Program-made: the position numbers and the translations under genes
Notes under the pieces: model-generated
Told to the model about the DNA's origin: nothing
Database searches by the model: none
What the model saw: only the letters and a program-made list of their open reading frames with translations
Shown: piece by piece, positions 37,801 to 49,682 of the stretch
How the letters are laid out: the number at the start of each line of letters is the position of its first letter
Position numbering within the stretch: the first letter of the stretch is position 1
From: Macrostomum hystrix
Lineage: Eukaryota > Animalia > Platyhelminthes
Direction of reading: 5' to 3'
Assembly (NCBI GenBank): GCA_950097015.1
Contig: CATNEN010000002.1
Location: forward strand, 3,100,001 to 3,164,000
DNA length: 64,000 nt

Positions 37801-40800
37801 AAGAAGAACTTACCTGATGGCTGCCTGAGTAAGAAAGACCTGATGGAGCAGATGACAAGAGTCATAGAGGCTGGAGTTGATGTGAATCATGTCAACAAGG
37901 CTGGAAAAACTGCATTGCATTTCGCATGTGTTTGCGGCAGTCTCAAGGTAATTAACCTGCTTCTATCAAGCAGTGCCGATCCCAATCTCCAAGACTCGGA
38001 GGGAGAAACCCCCATCTTCACCGCCATCAGAAACAGAAAGTTTGGCGCCGCACAACTGCTTTTAAGGAAGGGCGCCAAGGTAAACGTTGAGAGCAAAGCT
38101 CAGCTGACTCCGTTGGCTCTAGCGATGGTTTTGAACGAAGGCAGAATTATGCAGCTCCTTCAACAACAAGACGGTCAGTTCAACGCTGATGCGGTGCTGA
38201 AGTTTGTGACACTGCATGATATTTTCAGAAGAAGAAACTTGGAGCACCTAGAGTGTCTAATCAGCATGGGATTCGATTGCGGCCGGCTTCATAACGGCAA
38301 GTCTGTGCTTCATCACATTGTGGCAATGGGTAGCATCAGACTTCTCAAAGACTTTGTCAACGCGCATAAAAAACTGGCTAGAGAGATTGTTGATTTAGAA
38401 GACGCCGACAAAGATTCTGCGCTTCATCTAGCAATCATGAAACAAAGACCGGATATTGCTGAAGAGATAGTGAAACTTGGTTGCCGAGTCAATCTGATGA
38501 ACAAGAAGGGCCACACAGTTCTTCACGTTGCGGCCATCTGCAACCAACTGGCAATTGTGAAATGGGTTTGCGAAAACTGTCCGAAGATCTGCGAGACTGA
38601 GCCAGCTAGTCAAGCAGAAACACAGTCGCCTTTGCACCTCGCCGCAATCAAAGGAAACCTTGAAGTTTTTAAGTTTCTCCAGCGCAAGGGCTTCTCAGCC
38701 GCGAGTAAGTGCAAAGGTGGCAAAAACTGTGCTCATTACGCAGCGATATTCGGCAACTTGCACATTCTCCAGCACATAGAGGATGAGATTTACAAAAAAG
38801 AGAAAAGCAGCGAAATCAGAGCAGAAGAACCAGAAGTTGACGAACTCGAAACGGACAGCAAAGAAACCGAAAAGTTGTTCGTCGAGAAAAACAGAGAAGG
38901 ATTTTCCCCACTCCAATGTGCAGTTCTGAATGGTCATCAAAATATTGCCAGCTTTCTGTACAAATTCGACCAATCGCTGCCGGAGTGCATCGCGCATCAA
39001 GCCCTGTGTCTGGGCAACCAGCACATGCTCGACTGGGCTGTGAATCGTGGAGCCGCGAAACAGGCTGTAGATCCCAAGACAGGGGAAAGTTCCCTTACAT
39101 TTGCCGCGCTATCTGGGAACTATCATTTAGTCAGCCTGTTTTCCGGCCCAGATCAGGACCTGAATGCAGTCGACAGGCATGGAAACACCGCCGCCCAGGC
39201 CGCGGCAGCCAGGAATCACCGGCACATCCTTCGACACCTCTGGGAGAAGAAAGCAAACATGGACATACCTGACAGAGAAGGCGACACGCCGATATTCGAC
39301 TGCGCAATCAATGGACACCTGGAAGCGTTGAAAATGCTGGTTGAATTCGGCTGCAATCTGAGGCACAGAAATTTAAGGCAGCGAAGCATTGTGCACGTAG
39401 CTTGCATCGGAGCTCACCAGACAGGCCACCTCAATATTGTGAAATTTGCGCAGGAACAACAGCTGCAGCTTGACGACGTCGATGATCAGGGTAACACCGG
39501 ACTGATGTACGCATGTCGCCAAGGATTCAAGGACATCGTGAACTTCCTACTGAAGGAAGGAAAGTGCGACCCTAACATCAAGAATAGACAGGATTCGACG
39601 GCTGCTCATCTAGCAGCCTTGGCTGGTCGAGCCGACATTCTCGAGGCCCTGTTGCACAGCAAAGCGCGTCTGGATGCGGAGGACGGCAGCGAAGCGACAC
39701 CCCTCATGATCGCTGTGAGCCGCGACTATTTTGAGTGCGTGACGCTGCTGGCCAGGAACGCCGGGCTTGGACAAGGCGGCAGCAGGCAGCGACTCGAATG
39801 CCTGGCGGCCTGGGCGAGTCCCGAGGTGCGTCGTCAGCTGGAGGCTCTGGGAGCAGCGGTAACAGCTGCTGAAGGAGAAAAGTAATTAAGCAAATATTTC
39901 AAGGTGAGCTGCGGGCCCTATAAGGGTCATGATTTTGTGACAGCAGACCCGCAACCAACAAGGAGATTCTGCGCATTCCACTTATACCCCATGAGCACAC
40001 GCGCCTACAACAGATACGGTTCGTGTTGGATTAACACCCACATAGTGGACTTTTTTCATAGTCTGGCAGTGTGAACTTTTGCTGTGCCTCAGGGGTTTGG
40101 CCCTCAAGGTTGTAGATTGCAAAGCAAGCCCATAAGCGTTCTCTCCGCAGTTGTGCCCCAAATGAATCTGGCCTTGGCCACAAAGTATAGCTCAGTGGCC
40201 TTGGTGCGAAACTTAACCGCGTTCACCGCTGTCCCACTCACTCCCTGCCCTTAAACGAGCTGTTAGTTGGCCACGTAATGATTCGGTGATTTCTCTTTAT
40301 CGTTCACAAATAACAGTTTTACAAACTTTCACTGTTAGGCCGATCCTGAGCGCCCTTGATATCAGCATGGAGCACGACCAGCCGGACCAGTCGCAGGATT
40401 ACGTGGTAACAAATGTAAGCCACCGACCGCCAGGTAGTAACTCGGACGAGTGTATGCGAGCCCTGAGCGTTACGAGTAATACTAGATTGTAAGTACCAAA
40501 AATAGTAGTGCCCTGATCTCTACGTTATATTTCAACGATATTTCAAGTTAATTTTTATAAAGTTGTAAACAGTTATTTTGACTGAAACATGAAAACCAAT
40601 CTAAAAACCGTTGTTATGCTAATTTGTTATGCTAATTAAAATATAAATCTGTCCTGATAATTCCATTGCAGCCAGTTCACAGTTATAGACGAAATACCGA
40701 TCGAACCCGCCGAGCCCGTTGCCGAAGACACTATAAGCACGTCTTCAACTGCAGCTGGAAATTCTGATCAGGGCGACGAAGGCGGAAGCTCTGACACAAA

Positions 40801-40828
40801 TGAGCACATCCGGACAGACCTGCATTAG
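34846..40828 (+). CDS. giant ankyrin-repeat protein 1 (~1,730 aa if the tail exon is spliced)
   Basis: Exon 34846-39881 is almost all ankyrin repeats (TPLH/TPLM...A...G, GAD). Predicted phase-2 intron 39882-40671 and tail exon 40672-40828 (QFTVIDEIPIEPAEPVAED...DLH*). Tail exon is inferred from splice signals and frame. Confidence 0.9.
40040..40250 (-). mobile_element. tRNA-derived SINE (family B), copy 2, in the ankyrin gene 1 intron
   Basis: GAGTGAGTGGGACAGCGGTGAACGCG...AGGCCA...TTGGGGC...TGCAAT...AGGCACAG...CACTGCC.GAC.ATGAAAA colinear with 14830-15045. Confidence 0.6.
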
Positions 40829-41059
40829 TGTGCGCTTGCTGAGGCCAGCCGATAGCAAGCCTGTCGGCACGCAGTACCTGAACTTTATTCCTCACTACAA
40901 AATATTTGAAGCCAACTTTGCTTGCTGTCACATCAATTTGTACCAGTCTTATAAAACAACTTTATTAAAGTACACTCTTCACCCTGACAATTTTGATAAA
41001 AACTTTTGCATGCTGTTTGCGGGCAACGGCACATCATTTAGTGACAGTAGACCCGCAGC

Positions 41060-41420
41060 CAGCGAGAGGGTAGTTCTGCGCAATCCACTGATTCCTGAGT
41101 TCACACGCACACAGATACCGTACACAGGAAAAAATCCTCACATCTGCCCTGACTGTGAAGTAAGTCAAGTAAGTCAAAAGTCCTGACACTATTAATACAT
41201 AGATGAAGGAATATGTCAGGGTTTTGATACTAAATGCACTTCAAGTAGTCCGTATTTTAAGTTGGGCATTCTATTACGAGAACTGTAGCTTAAAAAGGAT
41301 CGCTTTGTATCCTTAACAGCAGAAGAAAAATCTAACTACATAATGGCTCAAGACGATAGGGAAACCGCTGAAGCTTTAGCAAAATACATCATAGAAATAT
41401 CTAAAATAAGGGAACAGCTG
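41060..41420 (+). mobile_element. decayed LINE 3' end (CR1/L2/Jockey-like C-terminal region)
   Basis: Stop-interrupted translation ...HICPDC...FVSLTAEEKSNYIM...LAKYIIEISKIR resembles the post-RT ICxxC...EK..IM...AKYI tail. Confidence 0.45.
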
Positions 41421-43875
41421 CCCTGAGACTACGAGATCTTACTAGCATTCAACAATAGATATTTCATATTTTGTTTTATCCCTGGCGTCCCTTGTGTTTT
41501 TACTGCTCTTATTTTTAATACCTTTGCTTTCCCTTCCCAGCTCGATATTTGATTCCTACTAAACTTCGCTTTTTATGTTGCTTTTCGTTGTTCATTTAAA
41601 TGCGTTGTTAAAAAAATATATAAAAAAAAAATCAGCACCCATAGATGGCGTGCGCGTTTTAATAATAATAATAAATAATTCAAAGTAAAAAACTTGAGGT
41701 TTTTTAAATCTTAGTTTAAATCCACTTTAGGTTCACACTGCCATCAAACGACACCGATGTTACGTAAGAAATTTAAGCGAAAAGGAAGCCATTAATAATT
41801 AAAACAAACTTCGATTCCCGGCTTTTTAATTGATTTAGAGGAGACATGATACAGAGGAGAGATGGGAGATGGGAGTGATGAGATAGGAGAGATGCTATAG
41901 AGGAGAGATGATACAGAGGAGAGATAATATAGGAGAAATTAGATATCTGTCATCTGTGTGATACAGGCCCAGAGTTTTCTAACTCCTGTTTTAAATGTTT
42001 TTAACAGAGTAGCCTATAAAGTTCTTAAAATATTATTAATGCTAAAATGCTTACTAAAACGCTTACTAATATGAGTACTATACGAACGACTTGCCGTAGT
42101 TCTATTGAATTTTTGAATCTCTGCCTTCCGACTTCAAAATATTTTGTGGTCTTAAAATCACTTTAATTGGACGTCGAATATCAGTCGTCTATATGCATAT
42201 TATAAGAGACTAGGAGAAGTCACAGCATATTGGGTTCGGCCCAAAGATCTCTAAATGCAGTAGCGCAGCTTCAGACGCAGATGCAGTTGCACCACGATTT
42301 CAGTTTATTTTTAGTGTAAACTGGAATTTATATTTAGTGTACATCTGAGCTTCCACTCTGCATCCGCGATGATCTCTTCTTTAGCCATTTGTATGTATCC
42401 GCTTTAGGCGGCTGTGTTCTAATACATTAAACATTTGTCGTCGATAACGATAAATAAGCAAGTGAGGCCTACGAGTGAGGTGTTTTTGGTATAAATTTGT
42501 AGGATTTTCAAATTAATTGTCCGAATGAATGTACAATCGTGTTTTTGGAGTCGTTTGACGGCAGTCGTTTGGGAAGCTTCTGGTTGCGCACACGTAAAAG
42601 TAAAAGTAGACCACACGATTGTACATTCTTTCAATGACTATTCACTTGAAAATCAATTAGTTGTACACCAAAAACTAGTTATTTGGTGGCAATGTGAACG
42701 AGCCTCTATACTGCTTGAGTTCTGAAACTCACGTTCGAGCACTTCTAAATCAGCTAGCCATCATTCAACTATTGCTGTTATAAAGATGCTTTGGGACCAT
42801 TCTGATAGCAAATCAAGTTGTAGAAGACTTAATATTTATATTATATTTTATTTATCACAATTGTGGCGGCCGCTCTCTCCAGCGCCTTGCGTGGTGCTAG
42901 GGCGGCCACCCCAACCTTAGGTTTTGACTAGCACTTGCGCTGGGCCGGGGCAGTGTGCATAGGGCTTAAGCTCATGTACACGCGCCGGCCTATAAATCAC
43001 TATCTTTTGGAACGCGCTGCACTTAACCTGTTCTCTGTCAACTAAATGTAAACATTAGGTGGCTGCAATCGCCACACGATTTTAGTTATTATCAAGATAA
43101 GTACTACAGACGGTTTTAAATAACTCGTACAGATTTTACAGCTTCTAGGGTGTTACATATAGGGCATACAGCATACATTCAGAGCGACCCACAGCGAAAG
43201 CTAAGGCTGCATTCAAACCAACTCAGTAGTGTCTCGCATTATTTTTTATTTTAGCTGTTATTTTCAGTGTACTCGTTTCACTACTCATTGAACTTAGAGA
43301 GGAAGATCCGAGGATTTGCCGTGGGTTGACCTTGCTATTGTTGGCTGCAATGAGTAAGCTGCATTTAGGACCTTAGCATGCAGTATTTTGTTTAGGCAAG
43401 CATCGCTCACCTGGAGTACGCAAGAGTAAATGGAAGTTCTCTTTCTAATCCGTACACACTTGTACATTTTAGTAGAAAGTAGAAACTAAAGCATATCAAA
43501 TTACTCGTTTTTAGTGTGACACTAAAGATTAATGGTCTTATATTAAAAAGTAATTTATTATATAAATTCAAAATTATTAAATTATTTAAGAAAAAACTTT
43601 GCGGCGATGCCCCATGCATTTGCTCTGCAGCGCAGAGATAAGACTTGTGTTTCTCTAAATGTAATGCCTTAAAATTCATTAGACAAAAATATTCTGGGCA
43701 GATTTATGGGCAGTGTGTTATGCCTGCCAATAGTCTACTGTCAACAAATGAAGTTTCAGTGTCCACATAGCACTTTTGAATAGGGTCAACTACAGCAGCA
43801 CAATACGTTGTACGAGCGTATTTTCAGAAGGAATAAAACTCTCACTTTGCGTAAATTCAGTTTTTTCGGCGTTAT

Positions 43876-44180
43876 CAGAGGGAGAAGTCTGCGATTCTGT
43901 GATTGATCAGAGAGGGAGAAGCCTGCGATTCTGTGATTGGTCAGAGGGAGAAGTCTGCGATTCTGTGATTGGTCAGATGGAGAAGTCTGCGATTCTGTGA
44001 TTGGTCAGAGGGAGAAGTCTGCGATTCTGTGATTGGCGATCAGAGGGAGAAGTCTGCGATTCTGTGATTGGTCAGATGGAGAAGTCTGCGATTCTGTGAT
44101 TGGTCAGAGGGAGAAGTCTGCGATTCTGTGATTGGCGATCAGAGGGAGAAGTCTGCGATTCTGTGATTGGTCAGATGGAG
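43876..44180. repeat. 31-34-bp minisatellite (CAGAGGGAGAAGTCTGCGATTCTGTGATTGGT)
   Basis: About 9 visible copies, most with TGATTGG. Confidence 0.9.
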
Positions 44181-44412
44181 AGACCGCTTGACGTATACGT
44201 ACATTTAATTATGATGCGCGGGGTTACGTGGCGAGCCCTGTCTTATATTTGATCACTTAGAAGCGTAGGGTTGCAAAAGTTGATAATAATAGTAAAAATA
44301 TTAAATGATAATAAGTATATTACAAGCGCAGGTATGTTGCTAATGATCCATAAAATATCGTCAATTAAGAGAATCTTTCGTTTCTAATAAAGTAAACATG
44401 TACGAGGTCGTA

Positions 44413-45486
44413 TTATAAAAAAAACGAGCTATTCACAAAAAGCTGTGCTATGAATTCAGTCACTGTCCCAGAAGCGATTATACGAACGATAACCAGCAAA
44501 AGCTGAGCAGCTTGTACTCTCGAATGCAGTGCATGTTCTGTCTGCTGAGCAGCTTCCACTCTTGAATGCGGCGAGGTTTCTGTCGGCTGAGAAGTGTTTG
44601 CTGCCTTAGCAACTATGCTATGCGGTTTAGGTAAGTCAATCAGATAAAATTCACTCGCACTTGGAATCTCATCCGGTATTTCTTCTCGCTGGTCTTCTCT
44701 CTGTGTTTTTGGCTGTCGATTAGCTTTCTTGCTGAATTCCTCACTACAAATGTAGGCGTACTCATTAGCGGTACAAAATGCGACGACACTCTCTCTGATC
44801 AGTTCCTTTTCTAAATCGGAGGTAAGAGCATCATCTTTTAGTAAATCGGAAAATCTATCATTGGAGATCACAACAGCATCCTTGGTTGCAGCAAAATCTA
44901 TTAGAAGTTTGTCGCCGTAGATTGACTTGCCTTCTTGCACCGAGGGTGGCAAAATAAGAAAAGAAATAAATTTATTTTCTCGAAGTTCATTAAAAAGCTC
45001 TTTTACAGACTTGATTTTGTCTTTTCTTTCAAGAAAAACATAAATCGGTGGCAGGCAAAGATGCTCCCAGAACTCTGAGCAGGCCGACTTATCCAGTCCA
45101 TTGCTTTGGCTTTTAAAAGTCTCTCTAATTTGATCCAGTAATTCTTTCGGAAGAATTATACTCTTGTTCTGCTTGAAATTCTGCTGGTATGTTATCTTTT
45201 GCTTTTTGTACTTCTCAAACTTTTCACGATGACATTCTTTGAAGGGTTCCGGAAATAGTTTATCGCAATCAAGTAGTCGTAGCTTAAATTGTGGATTTAA
45301 TTCGTTAAACACATTTTCTTCAAAGCAAAACTGTAAATATAGTCTCAATAGCCGAAAAATGATTAGTTTTATAGCTTCATTATCAATTTCTTTTTTATTT
45401 TGTAAGGCCTGACCTTGGTGTGAGCTATTAAAACCGACATTCAAAGCGTCGACAATTACGGGACGAAACGGCCAGCAAGGTCGCAT
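44413..45486 (-). CDS. NYN/PIN-fold ribonuclease, Regnase (Zc3h12a)-like, paralog 1, no zinc finger seen
   Basis: RPVIVDALNVG, PPIYVFL, YGDKLLIDFAATKDAVVISNDRFSDL and ESVVAFCTANE align by eye with Regnase-1 [43 protein letters not shown] and ERLLMYSFVND. Single 357-aa ORF. Confidence 0.8.
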   Translation of the reverse strand: MRPCWPFRPVIVDALNVGFNSSHQGQALQNKKEIDNEAIKLIIFRLLRLYLQFCFEENVFNELNPQFKLRLLDCDKLFPEPFKECHREKFEKYKKQKITYQQNFKQNKSIILPKELLDQIRETFKSQSNGLDKSACSEFWEHLCLPPIYVFLERKDKIKSVKELFNELRENKFISFLILPPSVQEGKSIYGDKLLIDFAATKDAVVISNDRFSDLLKDDALTSDLEKELIRESVVAFCTANEYAYICSEEFSKKANRQPKTQREDQREEIPDEIPSASEFYLIDLPKPHSIVAKAANTSQPTETSPHSRVEAAQQTEHALHSRVQAAQLLLVIVRIIASGTVTEFIAQLFVNSSFFL

Positions 45487-47389
45487 CGTTTGGTCGAATT
45501 CTTTGTGGTATTCTGTTCTTGTTTGGATTTAGAGTTAAAAAAGAGCTTATGGCAGCGTCAGGCAAAATTTCGCAGAAAAGTTTTATGCGATAAGAAGTGT
45601 ACAGTAAGTAAAACTACGGTACTTTATATTCTGAATGACTCAGCTAGAGCGAGACTTTGATGCACCCTGCAGTTGTACGCGCATACATGCACACATTGTC
45701 GGAAAGAGAGTTCGCATTGGCTGCAATAAACAATTTTCTGCGGTGCATTGGTGTGCACTGAAGAGCGATTTTGAACAGAAAACTCAATGCTCCTATTGCT
45801 TAAATGGCATGGAAAAGATGTCATGAGATTATTTTAAATCAGCTAAAAAGCTCTGTGAATCTAATATTGGAATTCTTTCGTTCGTATCTCATTCTCAATT
45901 CTCAGAAATCACATTCTGACACTATTCCACTTTAGCCAAGCGTTATCAGATTTTCCCAGAGCTGGTATGAGATTATAGATAAACAGTTTTGAGATTAAGG
46001 CTTAAATTTTATGAAATTAAGGCTGAGTGGTATCAGATTATCAAAAGCAGGTATGAGAATGTGTCGAAACTGTTATAAGATAATCGCACAGCAATTACAA
46101 AGTGAAGGCTACGCTTAAAATATTTTTGCAAACCTGCTCAGACATTATAAATAAGTTATGAGATTAAGGCTTATGTTATGATATATGCATTTGCTTAAAA
46201 GATTGTAGTAAAATGCTTAGAGATTCTGGCTAAACTGTCATGGGATTGTTGCAAAGCCATGATATCACTTAAGATTAAATAATACCATGACAGCAGGTAA
46301 TATAAATATACCAGCATCCCCCATCCTGCACCTACTCTGCGATGAAGGACACTCGTGACCTACAGTTCTGGCAAAGGCCTGATGCGAACTGTGCATAACC
46401 CCGAGCTCCTATATAGAATTAGTTCAGATGCCTCTGGAATGTAGTAACAAATACCTTTACTTATCTTTACATTTACCTTTTGTTACTTAAATACCTATAA
46501 GTAACAGAAGTTACGCGCCTCAACATTTTACTTCGTTTCAGCCCTCTGCAGCCTATCAATATTGGTATATTGTACTCGTATTTAGCGGACGTGAAACGCG
46601 TTTCACGGCCCGCCCGCTGTGCTTATCTTTGGAATTCGGCCATAGACAATAGCATAAACAACATAGACAACAGCAGAGGACGCGCTGTGCTGGAATTCGG
46701 CCATAGACAACAGCATATACAACATAGACAACAGCAGAGGGCGGGCTGCCGTTAGTTTCAACCTCGTTTCAACATCCGTAGGCTAACTACAATACGTAGA
46801 CTTGTTGAGCCAAAAGAGTGTTAAGTTATCCTTGTGTTTGCGAATTGTCTAAGACAAAAAGTTCCGTTTATCGCCCCCGGGCAAGCGAGAAATAAATCAT
46901 TTTTTCCCGGGGCAAATAAATGAAATGCTTAAGTTTAAGACATAGACTGCGTTGTCGGGCAAACTGGGAATAAATTTTTATTCTATGGGTTTAAGATCAG
47001 TATGAAACAAGGACTAGTTAATCACTCTTAAGTAGAGTATGAGACTACTTAATTTAAGGACTACTAGTAGCAAGGACTACTTAATTTAATGAAATTAAAT
47101 CCCGAGATCCGAAGGCTGAATGCCGAAGCCGAAGGCCAAAGGAAGGTCGGTGAAATACCGACCAAAAAACCCGTATAATATCAGATGCATAATACTTTAA
47201 TTTTGCGGGATGTCTGGATATAAATCCTGGAGCCATGTGTCTAGATATGCTTTGTTGTATCTCTGCATCCCCAATTGGAGTGCACCTTATCGGATACAGG
47301 TATACAGATACTCGTACGCGTGTCCTTGCTGGCCTGCGTGAGCTCACAGTCATCCCAAATGAGGCTTCAGAACGCACCCCTGCGACTGG

Positions 47390-48330
47390 CACCCGCGTGG
47401 TGACGCTGAGCTGTCAGCCGCCAGGATGATGTCCTGTGCTCCACCCTCCAGTGGTTCTGGAATCGGCGATTTCAGCGGACGACGATTTTCTTCTGCGCAG
47501 GCGCAACTCGCAGTCGCTAGGTCGCAAGGACGCAAGGACGCATCCAGCATCGGCCTTGTCCTCAACAAGTTGAAGAGCAAGGTTCTGGTTCTGCTGACAT
47601 GGCTTGCCGCAGCCACGAGCAGACGACCACAAAAAACACAGAAGACTCGTCTGGGTGGCTTACAAGTCAGTTCGCACCGACCTAATAATTAGTATCCATT
47701 CTAATAAGCACTCGCCCTAATCATTCATTTATCATGCAAGTATGATACTGATACCGCCCTGGAACTTGTGCTACCCAACGGATCTGTCATCGCCTATGTG
47801 AGGACTTCCGGTACCTCAGATCTTTAGCTATGAGCCCGGACTCCATCGTCTCTGACAGAAGGAATCAGGTCTGGCGCGCGGCGCACCTGCTCAGAAACGT
47901 CTTCAACTCAGCTGCGTGGGACGACCTGACGGTGCGCCTCTTCCGCGCAGCCGTGGAGCCGATCCTACTGTACGGATGCGTTGCCGATGATCGACACATG
48001 AGAGCGAGCCCTGAACGCCCTGGGCGTGCACTACCCCCGAGAGGTGGCCGTCCAGAGACCTGATGGCCCGCGCCGGCGTTCCCGACCTGAGTGTCACCCT
48101 CCGCCGGCGCCGCCAAATGCTGCTGGGCCACTGCCTGCGGAGTCATGGCCGCAGCGACCAAGTCCCTTTGGCCTCCTGCGCCAGCCGACGGAGCATAGGC
48201 GCCGAGGCCAAGGGTGGCCTTGAATGACTGTTTTGTGGCTGACTTGCAGGTGTTGGGTCTCAGCCCTAGACCACAGCCGTCTGCGCTCCCGTCTGTTTCG
48301 CGAGTGCGTGTGCGGAAGAGTTTATTAGCT
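47390..48330 (+). mobile_element. internally deleted, frameshifted RTE-like LINE
   Basis: GC-rich island; LVLPNGSVI...DFRYL...RRNQVWRAAHLLRNVFNS...VRLFRAAVEPILLYGC is the typical RT C-terminal/thumb region. The core RT (YADD) is absent. Confidence 0.7.
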
Positions 48331-49682
48331 CCTGCGTGCCTCTATCCATCTCTCTGTCTATGCAAGCAGTTTTATGTATTTTATTATAGTATATTTTATC
48401 TCTACCGCTCTACCGCTCTTTTGCCCTCTGTGGCTTTCTGATTGGTCTTAATCTCAACCTTACCTAATCATATTTTTCTCACCTTGTCGCAAACAACCAA
48501 ATGACATTTCACAGGCTTCTTCTGATCTTGCTGATCTAGCTAGCGGCTGTAGAACTCAAACATTTTTAGCTAGTACGCTCGAAAGATGTAATCTTTCACA
48601 ATTCTGGAAGGCTAAAACATTTACGAGCGAATTTAGGGACTACGCCCATTAATCCAAAATAAAAATAGACAATTATAAAGAAGCCATAAAGTATACTATC
48701 ATGTAACATGCCGAAAAAAAATTTTTGTGGTATTTACTAGTACTAAATTTTCGCTTGTTCTCTAGTCAGAGAACAGATAAAAAAGAAAAAATCAGTATTG
48801 TAGCGTTAGATAAAGAGAAGAAGCTCGAGAAGAAAAATTAGTATCACATTAAGTATTTTACGAGTAAAAGGCTCGCAACGTTTTGGCTGCATGTGTGGCG
48901 TCACGTCGCATGCGACTAAACATTCATATTTTTCATATTCAGGACAAGCATTTTCGTCTATAGTTAGCTCTTTACAACAACGAGGTACATGTTAGTATGA
49001 ATTAGACTATCAGAAACAACTCAAGCCTATTGACAGTAGAAAGACCACGGGGTTTTTCAAGTACCCAAATTTTCCTTTTTTTCTGCATCTCCCGAAATAT
49101 TCAAACAATCGCCACGAAAACCAGAACTAAAAGTTTCCGATATATCCGATAAAAAAACTTCCAGAAGCACAAAACATCGGCATCATCAATCGAGATCATC
49201 AGCGATTATCTCGGAGTGTCTGGTGGCAAAAACCACCAATAAAAGCCTACATTCTTTGCTCAGAAAATTTCATCGTGTAACCATGCCGGCTATAATTTTT
49301 GGTTATATTGTTAAGTTTTTGAACAATTTGGATATTCGCCATGAGGTTTATACGGAGCAATGATAATTGTCCTTGTCACCAGGTTCTTCGACAAGAACCG
49401 ATTAATCGGCGATACTACGCTCGGACGTCTTTGAAAACTATTTCATCGAATAAAGGGTGGAAAATGTTGATCCATATTGTGGACTTCCATGAAAATCAGT
49501 CATTCTGTTTGGGAGCCATCTTGAAGTAGGCAGTATTTGAAATAGCCCCGTGGTCTTTCCCATTGGGGAAAGTAGCGTGGCCTTTCTAATGTTAACCAGA
49601 TCACATTAAATAGAGTTAGGTTCCCTGTGTTGCAACAAATGGGAACAAAAAAGAAAATACATAGATACATATAGAAAGAGCC

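Noticed and set aside
34933-39407. Many short antisense ORFs over the ankyrin genes (also 53153-57706)
   Set aside because: Shadows of the long sense ORFs.
48990-49540. Coding-like minus-strand stretches downstream of NYN2
   Set aside because: Multiple stops in all frames and no recognisable motif.
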